A stretch of DNA of 54,490 nt from positions 108,478-162,967 of the forward strand of contig JACPIA010000004.1 in the NCBI GenBank assembly GCA_016188295.1, written 5' to 3'. The notes beneath the pieces were generated by a model. The model was not told where the DNA came from. It was given only the letters and a program-made list of their open reading frames with translations, and did no database searches. Origin of the DNA: Candidatus Vogelbacteria bacterium (GTDB taxonomy: Bacteria > Patescibacteriota > Minisyncoccia > Phycocordibacterales > XYD1-FULL-46-19). The position numbers and the translations under genes are program-made. Shown one piece after another: positions 19,849-27,559 of the stretch. How positions within the stretch are numbered: position 1 is the stretch's first letter; each line of letters begins with the position of its first letter.

Positions 19849-20538
19849 TTACTTCAATAGTTTGTCAATTGCCGTAGTAACGTCAATGAGGGGGACAGCG
19901 CCGGGGAGAGTATTAATTTGACCATTAGGGCCTAAAACGATCGGGTAAGGGGTGCCCTGAGCGCCGGCTTTAAGAGCGCTTTGAACACTCGCCTCGATTT
20001 TGGTATCAAATTGGCCACTTTTTAAACAAATTTCAAATTTAACCACATCTAGTTTTAACTCATCGGCAATTTTAGGCAATTCGGCTGGATCTAAACCATC
20101 ATTACCGGGCGTGACCTCAAATACCCGATCGATAAATTGCCAAAAGGCCTCTTCGCCACCTTGCTCGGCGGCGCACTCACTAGCTGCCGCTTCATTACGG
20201 GCTTTGCGATGTAGAGAGTCGATAGGGTAATGGCGATAGACCCAAGCCACTTGTTTGCCATCATATTTAGCCACAACCTCCTTCATAGTGTTGTGGAAAC
20301 GCTTGCAAAATGGGCACTCTAAGTCCGAGTACTCCACGATTTTAACTGGAGCATTAATATCACCACGGAGGTGGTCGACACTAGTAACCGGATCAATCTC
20401 AGTGTTTATCGGTGTAATCGGTTTATTATCATCACGAGGTATGGCCGGGCCAAAGTAAATCGCCCCAGCAATTAACAAGCCGACGATGATGATACTGACG
20501 GGGATTGCGTAATTGGTATTATTATTTTCCATATTCAC
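19849..20538 (-). CDS. membrane-anchored DsbA-family thiol:disulfide oxidoreductase
   Basis: N-terminal TM helix and a thioredoxin-fold CPFC active site. Confidence 0.75.
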   Translation of the reverse strand: MNMENNNTNYAIPVSIIIVGLLIAGAIYFGPAIPRDDNKPITPINTEIDPVTSVDHLRGDINAPVKIVEYSDLECPFCKRFHNTMKEVVAKYDGKQVAWVYRHYPIDSLHRKARNEAAASECAAEQGGEEAFWQFIDRVFEVTPGNDGLDPAELPKIADELKLDVVKFEICLKSGQFDTKIEASVQSALKAGAQGTPYPIVLGPNGQINTLPGAVPLIDVTTAIDKLLK

Positions 20539-20543
20539 TCATC

Positions 20544-20876
20544 TTACTTGATATTACTGCCGGGGGGAAGAGGCTGGTCGGGGGTAAGCAAAGCCAGCGT
20601 CTCCCCCGCACTAGCCGCTAAAAGCATTCCCTGACTCTCGAGACCCATCAACATCCGTGGTTCTAAATTAGTGACAATGACCACTTGTTTGCCGAGTAAC
20701 TCGGCCGGGTCGTAATACTTACCAATTCCACTTATGATTTGCCGGTCGGTATCGGAGCCATCATCAACGATTATTTTTAACAATTTTTCTGAACCTTCCA
20801 CTCGCTCGGCAGTTTTGATTTGGACGATTTTGAGCTCGGAACGGGCAAAATCGTCGTAGGGGATAGTATTAAGCAT
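20544..20876 (-). CDS. tRNA-binding domain protein (CsaA/Trbp111/EMAP-like)
   Basis: KIVQIKTAERVEGSEKLLKIIVDDG..QIISGIGKYY..GKQVVIVTNLEPRMLMG OB-fold tRNA-binding signature. An internal ATG is chosen as the start. Confidence 0.7.
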   Translation of the reverse strand: MLNTIPYDDFARSELKIVQIKTAERVEGSEKLLKIIVDDGSDTDRQIISGIGKYYDPAELLGKQVVIVTNLEPRMLMGLESQGMLLAASAGETLALLTPDQPLPPGSNIK

Positions 20877-20942
20877 AATCGGTTTATTATAACAAAAATA
20901 CCGGACATCCATTTGGATGCCCGGCGCGGATCGGGGAGGGGA

Positions 20943-21170
20943 TTAGGTAGTGGTGGCCAAGACTGGGAAGGGGCAAAAACGAACCCTCTTTCTTTGGGCT
21001 ATCTGCCGCAATTCGTTTTCTTTGACAAATTTCTCGTAGCACTCCGGGCAATAACTATGAGAGATTTGTCCATCATCGATGAATTCCGGCCTTTCTTCCC
21101 ATACCGCTCCAATGCGGTTTGATCCCTTTCGAAATTTTCCGCATTGACAGCATCTTACTTCTATTTCCAT
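20943..21170 (-). CDS. small zinc-ribbon protein (75 aa), hypothetical
   Basis: GGAGG lies 7 nt upstream of the ATG. CxxC..CxxC is arranged as CCQCGK...CPEC. Confidence 0.5.
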   Translation of the reverse strand: MEIEVRCCQCGKFRKGSNRIGAVWEERPEFIDDGQISHSYCPECYEKFVKENELRQIAQRKRVRFCPFPVLATTT

Positions 21171-21276
21171 ATCCAGTCCTCCATTGTTAATTTGATCCTT
21201 TTTTATACTAGCAGACTAATGGTATCGTGTCAAGTGTTTTGGCTGACTAGTTTTAAGATGATATAATTCGCGAGTT

Positions 21277-23076
21277 ATGACGGCTAAAAATAAGTGGAAT
21301 TTAACCCCGCTCTATAAGGGGGATACTGATCCTAAATTGAAGTCTGATTTGGCTAAAATCAAGACTGCTGGTTTGATGTTAGCGGCCCGCTGGCGCGGTC
21401 ATAATGACTGGCTGGCTGATCCTAAAATCTTACGCCAAGCTTTAGATGAGTACGAGACTTGGGCGCGAGAATTGAGCACTTCCGGTAAGGCTGGTTTTTA
21501 CTTATCATTGCGATTGGCTCAAGATGAAAACAATAATCAACTTAAAGCCCTTAAAACTAAAGTGCGAGATGTAGCAATGGTGGTCGGTAATGAACTGGAG
21601 TTTTTTACCAATCGCTTGTCTAAATTAGATCGTGACGAGCAGGAGCGTTTGTTAATGGCCGGAGAACTTAAACCATACCGCCACTTTTTAGAGCGATTAT
21701 TTGCCACTGGTCAATATACCCTCTCCGAGCCGGAAGAAAAGATTTTAACTTTAAAGTCAGCTGGTTCGCACGAGCGCTGGGTGGATATGACTTCTTCTTT
21801 TTTGGCCGCCGAATCAGCGGTGGTGTTGACTCCTAAAGGCCAAAAAACTAGACAGCCGCTCTCGGTAATTAGCTCTTTAACCTCTCATCGTAAAAAAGCA
21901 GTCCGTGACAGTGCGGCAGTGGCTTTTAATCAAATTATAATGCGTCAGGCGTTGGTGGCCGAGCACGAACTAAATGCTTTGTTGGAAGATAAAAAAGTCA
22001 ATGATGAACTACGGGGCTTTAAGCGTCCAGACGCGGGGCGACATTTGGGCGATGATATTGAAACGGCTACCGTGGATGCGCTCCTCAAAGCGGTATCGGC
22101 CAATTTTGAAATAGCTCAGAGATATTACAAACTCAAAGCCAAATTGTTGGGAGTTAAGAAACTCAAATACTATGAGCGTAATCTGCCTATTAATCGTACG
22201 ACTACTACCTACCATTGGTCTGCAGCCATCAAATTAGTAGCACAATCTTTAACTCAATTAGATCCGGAATTTGGCGCCATAGTTAAACAATTCTTAGATC
22301 AAGGTCGCTTTGATGTTTATCCTAGGTCAGGCAAATCAAGTGGCGCTTTTTGTGCTTCTAATCTATTGGCCCAACCAGTGTATGTGATGTTAAATCATAC
22401 TAATGAGCTTCGCGATGTTCTTACTTTAGCTCATGAGATGGGACACGCTATCAATTATGAGCTGATGCGTAAAAATTGTCACGCCTTAGATTTTGATACC
22501 TCGCTAGCTACCGCTGAAGTGGCTAGCACTTTTATGGAGGATTTCGTACTGGAACGCTTGATCCATAAAGTTGGTCAGCGCGAGCGTCTAGTGCTAATCA
22601 TGGCTAAATTAAATGACGATGTTTCATCCATATTTCGCCAAGTGGCTTGTTATTTGTTTGAACAAGAACTCCACGCCACCTATCGCCTGAAAGGCTATTT
22701 ATCTAAAGAGGAGATTGGTCAAATATTTAAAAAGCATATGAGAGCTTATATGGGGCCGGCAGTAGAGCAAACAGTGGGAATGGCCGAAAATTGGTGGGTC
22801 TATTGGAGTCATATTCGGAATCATTTTTACGTTTACTCTTATGCCAGTGGTCTCTTAATCTCTAAGGCTTTACAAGCTAAGTTGCGACAAGATGAGCGCT
22901 TTATGGAGCAGATCAAAGAATTTTTAAGTGCCGGAATGTCGGCTTCACCGGAGACACTTTTTAATCGCATGAGGGTGGACATTACCGATCCTAAAACATG
23001 GACTCAGGGGCTTAAAGAGGTCGAGCTACTATTGGTTGAGGCTGAAAATTTAACTAAAAAATTAGATAAAAAATAA
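21277..23076 (+). CDS. pepF: M3-family oligoendopeptidase F
   Basis: HEMGHAINYE zinc motif and a PepF-like length of 599 aa. Confidence 0.8.
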   Translation: MTAKNKWNLTPLYKGDTDPKLKSDLAKIKTAGLMLAARWRGHNDWLADPKILRQALDEYETWARELSTSGKAGFYLSLRLAQDENNNQLKALKTKVRDVAMVVGNELEFFTNRLSKLDRDEQERLLMAGELKPYRHFLERLFATGQYTLSEPEEKILTLKSAGSHERWVDMTSSFLAAESAVVLTPKGQKTRQPLSVISSLTSHRKKAVRDSAAVAFNQIIMRQALVAEHELNALLEDKKVNDELRGFKRPDAGRHLGDDIETATVDALLKAVSANFEIAQRYYKLKAKLLGVKKLKYYERNLPINRTTTTYHWSAAIKLVAQSLTQLDPEFGAIVKQFLDQGRFDVYPRSGKSSGAFCASNLLAQPVYVMLNHTNELRDVLTLAHEMGHAINYELMRKNCHALDFDTSLATAEVASTFMEDFVLERLIHKVGQRERLVLIMAKLNDDVSSIFRQVACYLFEQELHATYRLKGYLSKEEIGQIFKKHMRAYMGPAVEQTVGMAENWWVYWSHIRNHFYVYSYASGLLISKALQAKLRQDERFMEQIKEFLSAGMSASPETLFNRMRVDITDPKTWTQGLKEVELLLVEAENLTKKLDKK

Positions 23077-23119
23077 ATCCCCAATGTCTAAATTGACTTA
23101 GAGGGGAGATGATTTTTGT

Positions 23120-23211
23120 TGGTAGTCCTGGGTGGAGTCGAACCACCATCTCCTTTCATGAGCAGGAGGCCATCATGATCAGAAAGGGCTCTGACATTGA
23201 GCTACAGGACT
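23120..23211 (-). tRNA. tRNA-like gene (92 nt) with a 24-nt segment in place of the 7-nt anticodon loop; identity undetermined
   Basis: On the minus strand: AGTCCTG TA GCTC AATGTCA GAGC C CTTTC [TGATCATGATGGCCTCCTGCTCAT] GAAAG GAGAT GGTGG TTCGACT CCACC CAGGACT A CCA. The acceptor, D, T and anticodon stems are perfect and CCA is encoded. No 7-nt U33/R37 loop is recoverable. Confidence 0.55.
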
Positions 23212-23222
23212 ACAACGATGTA

Positions 23223-23251
23223 TTACTAGCAGTCATGATTAGTATTGTCAA
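23223..23251 (-). promoter_or_regulatory. sigma-70-type promoter driving the tRNA-like gene
   Basis: On the minus strand, TTGACA (23251-23246), a 17-nt spacer, then TAGTAA (23228-23223), ending 11 nt before the tRNA-like 5' end. Confidence 0.55.
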
Positions 23252-23278
23252 GTGGTAGTTGAGTCTGTTAGAATAAGT

Positions 23279-23296
23279 CAGATTCCGGGATAGCTC
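23279..23296 (+). repeat. 18-nt direct repeat CAGATTCCGGGATAGCTC (left copy)
   Basis: Identical to 23585-23602, which is the 5' end of tRNA-Asn plus 5 upstream nt. Confidence 0.9.
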
Positions 23297-23326
23297 TCCG
23301 CCAGCTGGCGGAGGTAGAGCGATTGG
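23284..23326 (+). pseudogene. tRNA-Asn 5' pseudo-fragment: D-loop replaced by the 16-bp palindrome, anticodon arm deleted
   Basis: TCCGGGATAGCTC-[TCCGCCAGCTGGCGGA]-GGTAGAGCG-ATTGG, compared with the intact gene TCCGGGATAGCTC-AGC-GGTAGAGCG-[GTCGCCTGTTAAGCG]-ATTGG. Confidence 0.7.
23297..23312. repeat. third copy of the 16-bp palindrome TCCGCCAGCTGGCGGA
   Basis: Exact match to the two rpoD copies. Confidence 0.9.
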
Positions 23327-23347
23327 GTTAAGATAATTTATCTATTA

Positions 23348-23599
23348 ATGTTCATTGTCTACGCTATATACAATTCTAAACATAATAAGATTTATATAGG
23401 GCAGACAAGGGATATTAATTTGCGGCTTAAAATGCACAGCGATAAAATATTCCATAATAGTTATACTTCTAGATTTGATGGCTCGTGGGAAGTGGTCTAT
23501 ACTGAAAAACTTCCTGACCGTTTTTTAGCCCTTAAACGAGAAAAACAGCTAAAAAGTTACAGAGGTAGACAATTCATAAAAAACCAGATTCCGGGATAG
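23348..23599 (+). CDS. small GIY-YIG nuclease-family protein (83 aa)
   Basis: VYAIY..KIYIGQT..R..REKQLK is the GIY-YIG core. The last 10 nt, including the TAG stop, lie inside tRNA-Asn. Confidence 0.7.
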   Translation: MFIVYAIYNSKHNKIYIGQTRDINLRLKMHSDKIFHNSYTSRFDGSWEVVYTEKLPDRFLALKREKQLKSYRGRQFIKNQIPG

Positions 23600-23602
23600 C
23601 TC
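23585..23602 (+). repeat. 18-nt direct repeat CAGATTCCGGGATAGCTC (right copy)
   Basis: Identical to 23279-23296. Confidence 0.9.
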
Positions 23603-23664
23603 AGCGGTAGAGCGGTCGCCTGTTAAGCGATTGGTCGTAGGTTCGATCCCTACTCCCGGAGCCA
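23590..23664 (+). tRNA. tRNA-Asn (anticodon GTT)
   Basis: TCCGGGA TA GCTC AGCGGTA GAGC G GTCGC CTGTTAA GCGAT TGGTC GTAGG TTCGATC CCTAC TCCCGGA G CCA. Clean cloverleaf. Confidence 0.95.
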
Positions 23665-25233
23665 TGTGGGATTAGCCGAGTTAAAAGCTCGGCTTTTCTC
23701 TTTATTAGAGCCTTCATTCGGAGGTTTGAACGTGCCAGAATTTTTTGCGGACGGATTTGAGACGAGAATCATCGGCAGAAGTGCAGAATCCGTGTCAATG
23801 CTTATGTTTTTGTCCTTTAGGAGGAGGTTCGAACCTAAGGCGGATAAAATGACTTTTCTCGCGTGCTGGCCCCGTTCCGTGAATGCTTCTTTGGCATCGG
23901 TTGCGAACTTGATCACGTTATCGGCCGTCTGCAGCCAGCTGTCCACCCGCGCGTCAGTATCATTCAAAAGCTCATGCAGTTTTGCTTTCTCCTGATTGAT
24001 CGTTGATTTTTTTCGTGCAAATTCTTCTTCGCTTATTTCACCAGCGGCACGCATATCGATAAGAGCATCCAGCTTCCGCACGCACGCTTCGTAATTTTTC
24101 TGCTGATTGGAGAGGATTGCATTTCGATCAGCTGCCTCCCGGCCATTTTCATTCTGAAGCCACTTCATTGCCCAGCCGTGAAATTCTTCCGGCGGCCGGA
24201 CTTTAGCGAGCGTGCCGGTGATCTGCTTTTCCATCTCTTTTACTTCAATACATTTTTGAGCGCACGGACCCTTGCGTTTGGTGCAGTGGTAGTAGGTGTA
24301 GCGGTGAACATTGCCGTTTTTATTTTTCTTGGTCTTGTTTTCTGCCGTGACCATGCATCCACACTCGCCACACCGGATCATGCCGGTATAGGCAAATGAA
24401 TGGGCTTCCGGTTTTGGCTTACTGCCTCGGCCCAGGAGAACCTGGACGCGGTCATATTCATCGCGAGTGATCATCGGTTCGTGCTTGCCCTTATGCCAGT
24501 TGCCCGATCCGGCCGGCCATTCAAACCAGCCGTAGTAGAAGGAATTGTAGAGCACGCGGTAGAAGCCACTCCGTGCCAATTTCTTTAAGCCCCATTGATT
24601 GACAGCAATTTCGTGAACACGCGGCGCGGTATAAGTTCCGCTTAAAATCATATCGAACATTTTCCGAATGATTGGAAACATCTTCGGGTCTTTGCGAATC
24701 GTTTTAAAGCCTTTCATTTTATCCGGTGTATTCATGTAGCCGATTGGAGCAACGCCAGGGTGCCAGCCCATTTCCACCTTACGTCTTAGCCCACGCTTTA
24801 CGTCCACGCCCTTATTATCGTTTTCCAATTTCGCCTGACTACACAGGAGGTTCAATAAAAATTTATCATTCGGTGAATTCTTAAAAGCCTGTCCAGGTGT
24901 GCGGATTTCGAGGAGCTTGTTCTGATCCATGAGATAAACTAGATAGCCGGTGTCCACGGAATTACGTGATAACCGGTTCGGATGCCACGCAACAATACCC
25001 TCGGCTTCGCCTTTCTCAATCCGTTTTATCATCGCGTTGAAGATTTCCCGGCCGGGTGCTTTGGCTGAATAGGATTCTTCGAGGCGTTCCACCATTTGAA
25101 GCTTTTCCCGTTTTGCGAGTGCTTCCAATTCGCTCTTTTGCGAGTCAATCGAGAGGACCTGTCTGTCTTCTTGTTCTGAAGATTTTCGAGCGTAGAGGAA
25201 GTACTTGAGTTTTGGTTGTACTTCCTGGTTCAT
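23650..25233 (-). CDS. large serine recombinase (integrase)
   Basis: N-terminal resolvase domain (YARKSSEQED catalytic Ser, NRLSRN), recombinase domain, Cys-rich zinc ribbon (CGECGC..YYHC) and a coiled-coil tail. Confidence 0.85.
   Translation of the reverse strand: MNQEVQPKLKYFLYARKSSEQEDRQVLSIDSQKSELEALAKREKLQMVERLEESYSAKAPGREIFNAMIKRIEKGEAEGIVAWHPNRLSRNSVDTGYLVYLMDQNKLLEIRTPGQAFKNSPNDKFLLNLLCSQAKLENDNKGVDVKRGLRRKVEMGWHPGVAPIGYMNTPDKMKGFKTIRKDPKMFPIIRKMFDMILSGTYTAPRVHEIAVNQWGLKKLARSGFYRVLYNSFYYGWFEWPAGSGNWHKGKHEPMITRDEYDRVQVLLGRGSKPKPEAHSFAYTGMIRCGECGCMVTAENKTKKNKNGNVHRYTYYHCTKRKGPCAQKCIEVKEMEKQITGTLAKVRPPEEFHGWAMKWLQNENGREAADRNAILSNQQKNYEACVRKLDALIDMRAAGEISEEEFARKKSTINQEKAKLHELLNDTDARVDSWLQTADNVIKFATDAKEAFTERGQHARKVILSALGSNLLLKDKNISIDTDSALLPMILVSNPSAKNSGTFKPPNEGSNKEKSRAFNSANPTWLRE
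23675..23703 (+). terminator. rho-independent terminator after tRNA-Asn
   Basis: GCCGAG-TTAAAAG-CTCGGC followed by TTTTCTCTTT. It lies antisense within the last codons of the recombinase ORF. Confidence 0.65.
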
Positions 25234-25234
25234 A

Positions 25235-26098
25235 TTAGTTTTGGAACAAGTCGGTGGTGTTCAGATAGTAAATCAGTTTACCGCCGCTTGATATTATGAT
25301 TCTGGCAATCGGGTGCTGCCACGGATCGCCGGTCAGTCCGTCCGGCAGTGAGACGTTTTTGTCTTCCCATTGCCATTCGTTGGCAGCCGGGTTTGCTGCG
25401 CCTGGTTTACTTGAGATGTATTGGAGCTGGATGTCGGAGCGAAGCATGAATTTCGTGTGTTCCGGGTCTCTGCCGAAATAAGCGAAGGCAATTTGTTCGA
25501 TTTCAGCTTTGGTCTTCAGCGGAGTTTCCAGCGATCCGTTACCAGGGCAATTACCTGGCGTGGTAGCGTTGCGTTCTATCGGATAGACAATTCCGATTTC
25601 CACGACCTGATTCGTTTTTTGCGTTACCTGATATTGATAAACTTCGCAGCGGTCGTTGATGTAATCTGTTTGCTGGAAGATATAGACCGGCCGGTCCCAT
25701 TCTTCGGGATTGTCGGCCGTAAATCCGCCGTCGTTCTGTTTAACGTTGCTTAAGACGGCAAAGTTCGAGGGATGATTATTTTGTCCGGTGTATTGCAACT
25801 CCAGATTCGGCTCTCCCATGAACGTTCGGATTGTTTGCTCGGCTTTCACAAGCTCTATTTGGCTTGGAGGATTGTCATTTACAAAAATCCTACCGTCCGG
25901 AGTTTTGCACTGATCTGGATAATGCTTAACGATCGGGTAACCGGCCTCAGAGCATTGCTCGAATGTCGTAATTGAGGCTACGTCTGCATTCGTGCCTCCG
26001 CGCGGTGCTTTGTTTCCTAGAAGGTAATAAACCCCGAATCCTGCCCCAAAGACCGCTACAAGGGCGATTACGGTGGTTATTTTGGCTTTGTTTGTCAT
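25235..26098 (-). CDS. hypothetical membrane-anchored or secreted protein (287 aa)
   Basis: N-terminal TM/signal-like helix. No family recognised. Confidence 0.5.
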   Translation of the reverse strand: MTNKAKITTVIALVAVFGAGFGVYYLLGNKAPRGGTNADVASITTFEQCSEAGYPIVKHYPDQCKTPDGRIFVNDNPPSQIELVKAEQTIRTFMGEPNLELQYTGQNNHPSNFAVLSNVKQNDGGFTADNPEEWDRPVYIFQQTDYINDRCEVYQYQVTQKTNQVVEIGIVYPIERNATTPGNCPGNGSLETPLKTKAEIEQIAFAYFGRDPEHTKFMLRSDIQLQYISSKPGAANPAANEWQWEDKNVSLPDGLTGDPWQHPIARIIISSGGKLIYYLNTTDLFQN

Positions 26099-26265
26099 AT
26101 GATTGTTTTCATTAATTATTTTCTCGACCTAAGCACAACATGGTCCTAAGGTCGAAAGAAGTCAAACACTTAATTACTTACATTTTACGCCTTTATTTAC
26201 AGGTTGGGTATCTATTCTTGTACCGATTTTGTTCGCCTTTTATTTGGTTATCTTCTCGAAAATCT

Positions 26266-26298
26266 GCCCAAGTTTCACCCAAGCTTTGCCCAACCCCT
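26266..26298. repeat. three iteron-like direct repeats with an 11-bp period
   Basis: GCCCAAGTTTC / ACCCAAGCTTT / GCCCAACCCCT starting at 26266, 26277 and 26288. Confidence 0.6.
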
Positions 26299-26381
26299 AT
26301 TTTTTAATTTTTGACGAGCCATCTCGCTTTATTTAAGCTTTATTATTTTTCCTTCTTACTCAATCTTTATTACTAAGTGCT

Positions 26382-26822
26382 TCATGGTGGACCCGGGCCA
26401 TGATTCTCTAAGACACCTGACCGTGCTTCATTATGAACCCCGGCAGACTGGAGAAGTCTGGGGTTGAGGCGATACAAAGTTCCGGCCCACCGGCCGCGCT
26501 CTGATGTTCCTGGTCTGGTTTCTATCAGCCCAAGACCGGCAAGTTTCTTTCTCACACGGCGGCATGTTGATCTGCTGAACCCGAACGAAGCGAACCCGCG
26601 CTCTTTATCTTCGCGCGTGGTAAATAATCGGTCGGTATGCCAAAACCAGCCGTCTGCATTTGCATAGCGGTTTGAGAGATGGCAGATAACCATGAGAAAA
26701 TCCCGCTCGGCATGTGTAAGCGAATTCTTCAGCCGGTCGTCATCGAAGACCAGGTGAGGAGCTGGAAAGAAATTTAAGCTTTTACCACGTGTTGTCCGGT
26801 TCGGTTTGTTCATATGATTCAC
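26382..26822 (-). CDS. hypothetical protein, possible winged-helix DNA-binding or replication-associated
   Basis: C-terminal FSRSTCRRVRKKLAGLGLIETRPG resembles a wHTH. Weak call. Confidence 0.4.
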   Translation of the reverse strand: MNHMNKPNRTTRGKSLNFFPAPHLVFDDDRLKNSLTHAERDFLMVICHLSNRYANADGWFWHTDRLFTTREDKERGFASFGFSRSTCRRVRKKLAGLGLIETRPGTSERGRWAGTLYRLNPRLLQSAGVHNEARSGVLENHGPGPP

Positions 26823-27090
26823 TAAATATTTCAGCTACTTTTTCACTGACGGCTTTCTCGACCAGGACGCCGACTTCGTGGTTAATTGGATGAAAAATAT
26901 TAATGTTTTGTCCGGCCACTTTGCGTGTTGGATACACAAGCCGGTATCCGCCCTCACGTCTGGAGAACACGGCCACCGATCCCATCCAGAATTTGCTGTC
27001 CAGAACAAACGAAACAAACCCAAGGAGGCCGTCCTGGGGTTTAACCGGGTAGAACTGTATTTCGCTAATTGTGGTTGGTGTTGAGATCAT
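26782..27090 (-). CDS. SpoVG-family protein
   Basis: IQFYPVKPQDGLLGFVSFVLD..VAVF..YRLVYPTRK..IFHPIN..V..AV matches the SpoVG pattern (DGrm.A.aSitlD, PSkr, HPIN). Confidence 0.65.
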   Translation of the reverse strand: MISTPTTISEIQFYPVKPQDGLLGFVSFVLDSKFWMGSVAVFSRREGGYRLVYPTRKVAGQNINIFHPINHEVGVLVEKAVSEKVAEIFSESYEQTEPDNTW

Positions 27091-27265
27091 GGCTTTTCAC
27101 TACTTTTTCTTTGAAGTCGTCGATGTTTGGCTCACCCATGTAGGTGATCTTGTAGAGTTTGAAAAGATTATTCGCGCGCAAAGCAGCCTCCTCATCGGAG
27201 AGCTTTACGCCGTAGCGTTTTTCGTAAAGCGTTTTAAATTCTTGGATTGCTTCTTGGGGCAACAT
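27065..27265 (-). CDS. hypothetical small protein (66 aa)
   Basis: ORF only. No clear Shine-Dalgarno sequence. Confidence 0.35.
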   Translation of the reverse strand: MLPQEAIQEFKTLYEKRYGVKLSDEEAALRANNLFKLYKITYMGEPNIDDFKEKVVKSHDLNTNHN

Positions 27266-27377
27266 AAAAGGCTGGCCCCTGCCGGGAGCTAGCCTTTATC
27301 TGTCTAATCAAATTCGTCGGTCTAATCGAGGCACCTCAGCCTCAGAGGGAAATTATTTATTATCAGAGCGAGCCGGA

Positions 27378-27505
27378 AAACAAAAAACGGGACCACGACT
27401 CTTGTCATCAAATGCACACGCCAAATGGCAGTGCCGATAACAGTAGTCGTAGTCCCGTCGCGTTTAGACTGAGAACTCAGTCGCCGTCAGACCAACTAAC
27501 TCTGA
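27378..27505 (-). ncRNA. candidate small RNA or terminated leader (about 125 nt)
   Basis: A minus-strand promoter at 27542-27513 is followed by a GACTGAG..CTCAGTC hairpin. A GGGACTACGACT..AGTCGTGGTCCC stem then precedes GTTTTTTGTTTT. There is no ORF. Confidence 0.35.
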
Positions 27506-27512
27506 TATGTGT

Positions 27513-27542
27513 ATTTTAACGGATTTCTCCAGGGACCGTCAA
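27513..27542 (-). promoter_or_regulatory. sigma-70-type promoter (minus strand)
   Basis: TTGACG (27542-27537), an 18-nt spacer, then TAAAAT (27518-27513). Confidence 0.5.
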
Positions 27543-27559
27543 CACCCTGCTGTGGGTAT

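Noticed and set aside
23120-23211. Interpretation of the 92-nt tRNA-like gene as tRNA-Sec or a class II (Ser/Leu/Tyr) tRNA
   Set aside because: The extra nucleotides sit inside the anticodon stem closure, not in the variable region, which is a normal 5 nt. The D-arm is 4 bp with a 7-nt loop, not Sec-like, and no UCA anticodon loop can be drawn.
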